From positions 1,845,559 through 1,909,558 of the forward strand of contig OZ316895.1 of NCBI GenBank assembly GCA_973895155.1: 64,000 nucleotides of DNA, given 5' to 3'. Positions 54,401 through 64,000 of the stretch are shown one piece after another. The first letter of the stretch is position 1, and each line of letters starts with the position of its first letter. Origin of the DNA: Marsupella aquatica (lineage: Eukaryota; Plantae; Marchantiophyta). The position numbers were made by a program, and so were the translations under genes. Below the pieces are notes generated by a model, which saw nothing but the letters and a program-made list of their open reading frames with translations, was not told where the DNA came from and made no database searches.

Positions 54401-55442
54401 CAATAACCCAGGTTAAGTCATGACTTAACATGGTTACTGGTGAAACTATGTATACAAGGGCCCAATCTCATGAGAAAGTTTCACTTTCAACCTAGACTTG
54501 CGACAATTTGGGCCCGCATTCATGGCTTATCGCCACCTTTTACACCTGACTCTTATACACCCGCTTATACACAAATGCATATAAAACATTTGAGCGACTT
54601 ATGAGTGATACAAATATTGCAAACAGCATTAGATTGTGTGATCTTGTCTCCCTTGCAGCCCTGAAAATAAGCTTTGCAACCAATGAGGATCGGGACGAGG
54701 AATGCAGTGGAAGCTTGTGGAATCATATTTCATAGTGAGTGAAACATCTTTCTCCTACTTGATCACTGAACAAATGTGTAATATCCTCGCATCTGATCGA
54801 AAACTTTGTACTGTAGTCAACAAAGGTATCCTGGTTGCCTCGATACTTGTTGAGAGAGATTGAAAAGAAGGTCTTGTAGTCGGTCTCCGTGTAACTACCA
54901 ATATTCCCTCCACTGGCAACCTCTAGTGACGAGCAATATGGGATATCGTGTGAATGCCCGATGTTTATATGAGGCAGTACCCAGTCTCTTCATACGCCTC
55001 TCGATGGAGCTGTTCCCTGTCATGGTAACCATGTCTATATATGTAGTTTCGCAATCTGCCGCATATTGAGACTTCAAATGTGTTTAGACAACAGTTGCTC
55101 CAGGAAAGGACTGGGAGAAACAGTGCAGATTATGAAGCTCACGCTGCGCTTCAATTTTGAGTAATGAGCTTGCAGGGCCTGTATAAATGCTCACGTTTAC
55201 GTTTTGCTGTTGATTGCATCAGGGACTGACAGGAAGGTGGTTCAGTAAACGAAGCCCTATTTGTGTGTATGTATACCGCTCCCTCATGGCCTAGACCGGG
55301 TAGCCTAAGTTTCGCTTTAATTGTGGGATAGAATGGTCCTTTGTCCTCTTTCAAGTACCTCCATCAGCCACAATTCCTGTCCAAAGGATATTGTGAGCAG
55401 TTGTGAGCAGTTGTGTAGTCCACCATTAGAACGTACCCACGT

Positions 55443-55799
55443 AGCTTCGTCAGAGTTTGTCTTTAGTTTCCAAGTTGTTGAGCATGTGTCCCTGGGTATC
55501 TCAACAATCCCTCGCACAGACTGCTTTGTATATACAATAATTGAGTGTTCCTCTTGACTGAAAATATCCAACGCTTTTCCTCAACACACAACGAGAATGA
55601 CCTACGTTGTACGATTTAAAGCTTCGTCAAAGTTTGTCTTAGTTTCCAAGTTGTTGAGGAGCATGTGTCGCTGGGTATCTTATACCTTCCCTCGCACAGA
55701 CTGCTTTGTATATACAATAATTGAGTGTTCCTCTTGACTCAAATATCCAACGCTTTTTCGCAACACACAACGAGAATGACCTACGTTGTACGATTTAAA
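55443..55799. repeat. Tandem duplication, about 178 bp x2
   Basis: AGCTTCGTCA..TTTGTCTT..CCCTCGCACAGACTGCTTTGTATATACAATAATTGAGTG..GACCTACGTTGTACGATTTAAA is repeated with few differences. Confidence 0.92.
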
Positions 55800-58152
55800 T
55801 TGTTGAATCCAAATACCATGAATTTTACTGACGGACATTAAAACCATCTCCAGTTAGGATGGAAGTCGATACTACGGGGAAAAAAGCAGACGAAATCTTG
55901 TGCCCATTTCCTGGAAATCAAGGGGAAATACGATGCACATTCAAAGGTAAACTGTCTCTCAGTGCACCATATTCTAGTTCGTTCACTTTTCAATTTGTCT
56001 CGTTCCTCGTAATCTGGAATCTTGCCAAATTCTAGCCGGACTACATGGCAGGCCCATCGGCGTGGGACTACATCTCGAAATCCAATTCAACCGTTGGTTT
56101 GTGATCAAGGTCTTAAAACAATCCAAGTTGTAATACTACCCGTCCAGCCGTCTTGGCAAGGTTCAGATTTCGTCACATCCTTGTCTAAGTACTTAAATAG
56201 AAGAAAGGTGAAAGACAATCATTATTCAACAAATTAACTCAAGAGCTGAATCCGAGTATCCAAGGAACAACCCTTCCCTTCGTTACTTGCAGTAGACTCC
56301 AACCAATCAGGTCCATGCATATGTGCTTTACTTTCCTAACACATCCCCCGTATTGTAAAGCCACATACTCCTCTATTTCATATCATATTTGGCATAACTG
56401 TGGGACTCAAAACTCAGAAGTCTTCGGCACTTCCAGAGGAAAGTGTGACGAAAGTTTATGACCCTCCCATGAGTCATAAACTTTCGTCACTTATGGCAGC
56501 AGCCATTTGGCAAAGATTTTGGGCTCAATTAACATGAAGGTAGTAGCAGAAGACTTGAAGGACGAAATGGAGTAAAAAAGACTTGCTCAGGTTGCAGAAG
56601 AAGATAAGAAATGTGCTGAAGAGGAGGTAAGGCTCAAGGCTATAGAAGATGCAGAAGCTGCAGCCAGTGCTGCCGAAGTGGAAACTGCAGCTGTAGCAGC
56701 TGAGACCACAGGAGAAAGTGAGACAGACGGTGAAATAGAAGGAGATGAAACATAAGTAGACGAATGATTTGACCTTCCCCCAAGAATAATGGTTCATGCT
56801 TCGTTCCCAGGAAGAATGATGATGCGGTAGTTGATGAAATTGTTAAGAAAATTTTATCCTCTTCATTTCTGTTATCTAGGGATTGGACGAGAGCATATAC
56901 TCCCAAAGGGACTCGTGTACAGACAGACACGGTTTTGGATAGATGTCCATTAAGGTGAAAAGAACCTCAACAATTTCTAGAGTAAATCCGACCAGGGAAA
57001 TAGCCATGCACAAGACAACCAACGAGTAGACTGGTACACATAGGACACCTACAAACACTGACCTTTCCTGATGTCAAAATTTGACAAGATCTAACGTCAA
57101 CAATTCATCCCGAGTTAGTCTACATACATGATTGAAGCAATAAGCATTCATGAACCTAACTTTCATAAGTTGAAAATATCGTCAGCAGATAGCCACAGGA
57201 AGCACATGCGTCTATATCTAGCTTCTGTTCAGAGGTGGTGAGGAAGCAGCTCTTCCACCTACGCTGCCTTTGAGTGCAGTGCAAATTTAGTGTTATTTGT
57301 TCCTAACGGTACAAGAGATAGAGTACATATTGAACCACGCAACTGCTCCCTGTAACCGGGTCCTTCGCATCCCTCTGTAATTCTTATCAATAGCATCTTT
57401 TTCAAATTGTGCGTCAGTGAGGGTGTGTCATGATTCCCCAATGAATGAGCCCACCTTGGCCTAGAATTCGATACATACTGGGAAATTCGATAGAACTCAG
57501 AGCTCACTGCTTTTGTACAAGATACATGAAGAGAATATGCAGGGTCAATGAAAATATCTCGGAGTACTCCATCAATGATAATCCTGTCAACACATCAGAT
57601 AATCAAACTCATAACAGAGCATTTCATTAGCTATTTCCTTGCCTTCACCATGAGAGATTCCGTCAAGTTACAAATCAGCGCATCATTAGTCCAGGCTGCC
57701 AATGGACATCACCATCTTTGTGACAAAATTCTGGCTTCTTGAAGATCTAGTAGAGGATGATAATCCACAAGGACTTCCCCACCCCAAGTTCATAAATCGC
57801 AAGCTTGTCATTTGTACCATATGAGCAGGGACTCTATAGTTACTTCCTATCGGGCAGGATCAACGTCTATATGCCTGAAAGCCTAAAGATCCCTTAAGAA
57901 ACACACTCTACATTGCTCGTTTATCATTCCTCATTTGAGTCAATGAGAAAACTGACCACATTACTCTCATGCAACACAAAACATCTCTCTAGCTGCCCTT
58001 ATTCGTCACCAGCGATAAGCTGATAATCTTGCACGAGGCTAAAATTGGTTGAATGAATGAAGTCTAACCTGCCCATGAGAGCCTCTCCTTCACCATAGCA
58101 TGGAAGGAGTAAATGTGAGAAAATTTCTGTGTCCTTATCTCCTTGTTTGGTC

Positions 58153-61100
58153 TCATTGTGTCCCTGACTTTGGAGTTCCATCTTCGGCTGGAGTAAAAGC
58201 CTGCTGCAAATCGTGGAATGAAACACTTGCTGAGCCTCTCCTCTTTGGAGTCGGTTGTGACGGAGCAGGTCTCCATCCTGTCATATAGATAACCTGAGAC
58301 GGAGACCAGTACCACCGGGCTTAGGCATATTTGTCTACTCCACTTTGTGCAGTAGTTCATTAACAAGCATGCGACTGGAATAGCGATTTGGAAACGCAGT
58401 TCATGTACAGCCCTTGAGATTAGAGGTAAGAGAACCTGAAATGTGGCAGGAATAGTCCCATCTGCATCTCCAAACATGGACTCATACACTGCTGCTGTTG
58501 CAAGGGCTGTGTCTTTTCTCAATATCTGTTTCGAGAGAAAACTGCTTAGCTACACGCTTGTGAGAAAGAGTCAACGATAACTCAGGAGAACAACATCAAG
58601 ACATTGAGGGGAAAATGTACTAACAAAAATTATCACTTGTTTCACCAGCATAAGCAACGCGCGGTACATCATTGTTCACGAGGACAAAAGTGTTATGAGG
58701 ACAAACTTAGGGCTATCCCGAGAGTATATTCAATTAAAATACTGAGAAGGCAAAACCTACCTGACAACTTATTATTGAGCTAAGAGAGCGAGAGTAGCAG
58801 ATGTTGAAAGGGGCTAGCAACCACTAGCAGTACTTTACTTTAGAGAAAATCTTTTAAGACCGTCATGAAAGTCCACTTACGGGGTTCCTTTCACGTACAG
58901 CATTGACCTCTCCCATGATTCGGAGATGCTCGATAAGGTCCAGTGCTGCACATGATCCGTTACGAGAGTGAAAACTTCAATCGACGTTCCTACATTGGGC
59001 AACGATTGCATCAGCTTTTGGAAGATACGAGGATTACATGTCTACCATCTACATGCGCTCTGAAAACTCAGGGGTACAACTACGTAGTGTTACAACCTGA
59101 CCGTCCAATATTCTGTTGGCCATCATTTCTAGAAAAGGAAAGACAGCGTGCGCGTCATACCGCATGGATATCTAACAGTAAATTCATCAACATCAACTGT
59201 AGGTAAAGCGAACCCAGCTCTCTGGAGTAGATTCCCTGCATCACGTACCTAAACATCAAAACATTAGCAGCTTATAAGTGAAATAATTTCCGAACAGTAA
59301 AGTAAAGTGATAAAGTGTTCCCTCTCAGATAAGTCCTGACACTTAAGCCAGTATAACAACCAAGCACCGACTTAGTCTCAGAAAAAACAAACTGGGACAT
59401 AATCCATAATGTCTTCACAAAGACTGGCTATTATAATTTAATTTGTCAGACGGCATAAGAGGGTACAGGGCACAACAAATACTGGTTTCGGACAATGAAT
59501 GAGACTTCAATTTGAGTAAGTGGTGGAGATGGTGCACTTGAAGTAGAAATGAATCAGATTAAACCCTTGTGGTCAAACCTGAGCTAAAGGTGATATCCTG
59601 GGGCTGATCCCACCTTCTCGTTCCAATTGTGCTACTGTACAAGCAATTCTCAGCTCCCTACAGAGACATCCAAAATGTTAAACCAGAGAGAATTGAGGCG
59701 TTAAATACAACTACAAAGATGTCCCCTTCGCCTCGTGCATTTCTTTAGCAAACTAGTTTTCTGCTAGTAAGGATACGGAGACTGGCAATGAATGACTGCA
59801 CTCCACTTGCGTAAATTAAAATGAAAAGGAATTATAATAAGACTTTTGGAGATAACTTTCAGAGTGACAGGAAGCCTACTTGAGAGTCTCCCCTCCAAGC
59901 ATAGCTCCCAAAAACAGTCCATCTTGTTTCAATGCCAATCTGCACTGTAGATAATAAACAGGTCCACCCATTGCTCGTTTATGGATATTTGAAAGAAACT
60001 TGCAGAAGCGACTCATGCAATTTCTTAAAGAATTTTCTCATATAAAAAAGGAAACGGAACACCCACACTATCACTATACGCGACACCATTGATTTATTCA
60101 TCCAGATTGTTCACAGCATACATACTTGCGTCATGGCACCGGGCAAATCGTTCACCCAGTGAAGCCCCAGGGAGCTGATAACCACATCAAAGCACCTGAA
60201 GGAAAGAGGATTATAGATTATTCGTACAATCTTCAGTTTTTTGAATATTCGTTACAACCTTGTCAATGCTAATGGAAAACTTAACGGAAAGCAGGAACTA
60301 GCACAACTGGCACAACATACCCCTCACCAAAAGGTAGGAACTCCTCATCGGCTACAACATGCATGTCTTCAATCCTGCTGCTTATGTCTCCTTCCTCGTC
60401 TGTGGCTCTCAGTTCAGCTGATTTCTCAATCATATCCTTTGATAAGTCCACAGTTGTCATTGTTTCGACACCACCTATGAGCGAAGCTGTCAACATTTGG
60501 AAGAATGTAGCCGCAGAGTTCCCAGAGTTGCAGCTAGAAACCTAGGAATAAATAGAATCAATTTTCATCGAAACGGACTTAATATTCGTATCGTTACCTC
60601 GACGTCCAATTAAACGATGAACCTGATGAGAGGCTCCTCCTAGATTCAACGCAGTTGGGAAAGTCCTCCTGCAGTCCTGCCACCAGTAAAGAAAATTCAC
60701 CCTTGATTCAGTAGGGTAAAATGTATGGGCTACGAAGAGTTGCACAGATTTCCCTTCTTAAAATCAAGAACTTCAGGCAAGAGAACAAGGAACCCGACGC
60801 CGCTTACATCCAAACGGTCCAAGAGATTCTCAGTAACCCTCTCCAAAAGAGGATCGCCAGCTGTCATCAACCAAGCTGCTCGGTCCCGCTGTCTCCAATT
60901 CAAAGAGGAACGATTTTAGCTATTGAACTCGAATTACATTCTAGGTGGCAATAAATAAAAGAAGAGATTGCAGTGTGGAACCGGCAGATTCCAAGGCCAA
61001 CTAATTTTGGAGGATAAATCGACAAATGTGTTCGTACATGCTTCGTTTTGAGAACTCTGTCAAAAATGTCCACGTTTCGATCACCCGTTTGGGATGCTCC

Positions 61101-61223
61101 AGTTGAATAGCAAGCCCCAAGGCTCCTCCTCGAATCGCCAATGCACCTGCTGGCAAATGCCCCTGCAAACCTCTGGGACAGTCTGCGCAAAGTGGACCCA
61201 CTGCAGCCAGCCTTTGGAGACAT
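58153..61223 (-). CDS. NDUFAF5: Mitochondrial complex I assembly factor / SAM-dependent methyltransferase-fold protein (At1g22800-like), about 365 aa, 11 exons
   Basis: Exons 61223-61038, 60888-60808, 60676-60598, 60474-60321, 60195-60126, 59944-59880, 59657-59579, 59248-59161, 58945-58881, 58525-58436, 58293-58153 (1098 nt, in frame). Motifs [85 protein letters not shown]. Arg/Ser-rich N-terminus resembles a presequence. Confidence 0.95.
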
Positions 61224-61739
61224 TTGTTTGGTCGTGGTCTTCGTTACTGCAATCTCTCTTCTTGTAGTGGCTGCTCAGCAAATGCCCTCCCACTCCTCCT
61301 CCAACAACAACAACATGAACAGCAAGGGTAAGATCGGCAGCTCCGCATCACCTGCATCAGCACCGTACGTGGCATTCGATCTGTCCGTCCTGTTCCCGGT
61401 CCAGTCTTGTCTCGTTTCATGAAGCTCTCAAAACGACCTCCACAAGCCTGCCATCAGAAATTGACAATCCAGACTTCCAGAGTGCCAATTCCCGAACTCC
61501 CCAATTTTCGGAAGATTCTTCCAGATGTCGTGGACCAATCGATCGGCATGCTCGATTTCGCTCAGATTTTATTTTGCATTCGATTTTTGGACAGAAAGTG
61601 TGTCATGAGCATTGCTGTGACAGCCACAACTCGAATCCTTGGATGTTATAAAGGAAGTGGAAGCAGGATCGCCACAAACGTTTGACTCATGCCCGGATGG
61701 ACATGGGAACCCTGATAGACGTCAATAAATTTATTCTAA

Positions 61740-61844
61740 GTATGAGATGTACACATGTTCTCAACAAGCCCAATGTATGAGATGTAAACATGTTCATAAG
61801 AAGCCCAATGTATGAGATGTAAATATGTTCTTAACAAGCCCAAT
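61740..61844. repeat. 35-bp tandem repeat x3
   Basis: GTATGAGATGTA(C/A)A(C/T)ATGTTC..AA(C/G)AAGCCCAAT occurs three times. Confidence 0.9.
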
Positions 61845-63529
61845 GACCTTCTTGAGTTGTCACTGTGGCCAAGCCCAATGTCTATCTTGTGTTGTCTTTT
61901 TGGCAGGGTTGTCAGTGCGGCCAAGCTGAGGAATTTGCTTGATGCGACCCCAAAAATGAATTGCGTTACTTGATAGGACCCCTAAAGTTTTGGGTATGAT
62001 TGATTCAAGGTCAATCAAAGGTCTGGATCACTCAGGGGTCCTATCAAGTACCACGTTCCATTTTGGGGTCTCTATTGTGTTGTCTTTTTGGCCGGGTTGT
62101 CAGTGCGGCTGTGTTGTACTTGTTACAAAAGTGTTATCACTTAGGTCATGTTGTTCATGTGGTCATGTTGTGGTAGTTGTTACAAAAATATTATCCATGT
62201 TGTTGTTGCAAAAGTGATATAGTTCCAATTGTATGTTCTCATTTGTTCCAAAATGTTACAGTGGTAGGGGAGGGTTATGGACACCAAAAAAATACACTCC
62301 TTTCTCTCCCCAGCCTCCTTTATTCTTTGTTTCCGTTCGTCTATCTTCCTATTTTTTTCCTCTTGTCCCCTCCCCTTTTCCGTTCTCTCCCTCCCCTCTC
62401 CTTCTATCACAAACATCTGTCTCGTCTTGGCCCTCTCATTTTCCCATCCCTCCCCCTCCCTTCTTCTGGCTCTTTTCTCCCTCCCATGTCTCGCAAGCCT
62501 GCTCAAATGGGCTTGCTTGCCCACATGCACCCACCCTGCACAATTGTACATACACGAGAGCCCGGGTCAGGGAGGAGGGAGACGAGAGGGAGCTTGCAGG
62601 AGGTGCTGAAATCACCATCGAGGGGCTGGTCACACAAGCGAGGATGCACTGTGATTACAGGTGGTAATAGGCCAGCAGTTTGCTGAGGGCAGGTCTGCAA
62701 CAGTGTTAGGGCTGACCCAACCAAAGATCTTTATTCCTTGCACCAGTCCTGATGAGCTTGGAGGCACATAAGGATAATCCTGTAGGGAAAAAACATACAA
62801 AATTGGGGCCCCTAGAAAAAGACCTCTCCTCTTCCTCCCCATGCAAGGGCCTCGCTTTTACCCTTACTCATTCCCTAACCTTTTTGGTCCCCTAGCTCCC
62901 TCACCTGCAGACTCCCCTTTGCTTCGCAATTGTGTCCCTTCCTCCAACCTAGACTCCTAAGGGGTATTAAGATGTATGGCCCAAGAATAAGGACTGGAAT
63001 TTACCCTACTAGTCAAGGGTAAACTAACTTTAGCAAGGCCAAACTAACCATAGTCAAGCACCTGAATCAATTCCTTACCAGCATGCAATTTTAAACTCCA
63101 TCATTTTGATTTTCCATTTTCAAGTGTGGTTAAGAAATATCCCCCACAAACTTAAAGAGCCCAAAAAGAATTCCTCATAAAACAGCAAAGAAAACACATT
63201 CTTACGAGAAATTTTCTAGCCTTAACTCACCACTACAAGTAAAGAGCAGGACAACAATTCAATCTGACCTCCACAAAATTGGGAGCTTATTTTAGATTTT
63301 CCAAGAATCAGGGAGACACTCCAAACTATAATTGTCCCATTTTAACTGTTATAGCAATCTGCCCTTTAATGAAATTGAAAGACAACTATAATTAGCTAAG
63401 GACTCTCTTAAGGCTATTTTCTTAGCTAAAGAATTTCATGACTTCTCTCTTTCTTTGTATGTTTGAGTGCATTAATTCTCCATAATGCACCCCTTTTTTT
63501 GAGGAAGGGATTATACAAAACACCATAAA

Positions 63530-63640
63530 AGTAAAATTTAAATATAATTTTATCATAAAAAATTAAATTAAATATAGTTTTATCATACAAAAAATTAAAT
63601 TAAATATAGTTTTATCATACAAAAAATTAAATTAAATTTA
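63530..63640. repeat. AT-rich tandem repeat, about 32 bp x3
   Basis: AAAAAATTAAATTAAATATAGTTTTATCATAC repeated head to tail. Confidence 0.85.
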
Positions 63641-64000
63641 GTCAAGATCTCAAGATGATAACCAAATCTTATATGGTGATACTAAGAAAATATCTATGAA
63701 TAAAATCTAATATAACTAAAGAACGTGTATTTTTGGTCAATTCCATAGTAACCATTTCTTGGATGACACTTTAATTTGAATTTTATTTCAGGGATTCACT
63801 TTTTCTTGTTTGTTAGTGAAAAGTGACTCAAATTTGTAAGTACATTAATGTCCTAGTTATGAGCATTATATTCCATAATGCCCTCTAATCAGGACATTAT
63901 CCTATTCTAAATGTTATGCCCACTTACCATACGACATCCCAAAAGGCAAGATGCATCTAGAGCCCTTGGATTTTTCCCAAAGGTTTCCAACAATGGGATG

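Noticed and set aside
62177-62842. Stack of overlapping ORFs on both strands
   Set aside because: Low-complexity pyrimidine/purine tracts produce spurious ORFs.
63231-63245. CACTACAAG, like an En/Spm terminus
   Set aside because: No partner TIR or subterminal repeats visible in the window.

Overview
Eukaryotic land-plant nuclear DNA. Gene content, intron style and TE types suggest a bryophyte, probably a liverwort; this is inference only. Four intact spliced genes could be reconstructed by hand: a 17-exon ZIF1/ZIFL-type MFS transporter (12172-18355, +), a 4-exon half-size ABCG transporter of the ABCG1/2/6/16/20 clade (31254-34743, +), a 2-exon sn-2 GPAT of the GPAT4/6/8/RAM2 type (43930-45812, -) and an 11-exon NDUFAF5-like mitochondrial methyltransferase (58153-61223, -). 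The first 11 kb is a nest of TEs: a decayed PIF/Harbinger transposase, two orphan decayed ORFs, an internally deleted copia and solo LTRs. A full-length but inactivated Ty1/copia element with TSD, PBS and PPT lies at 21731-28419. The best leads are the convergent GPAT + ABCG pair (possible cutin/suberin-monomer synthesis-and-export pair), the fungal-like Harbinger with an adjacent unknown ORF, and U3-divergent LTR subfamilies. No clearly novel system can be proven from sequence alone.
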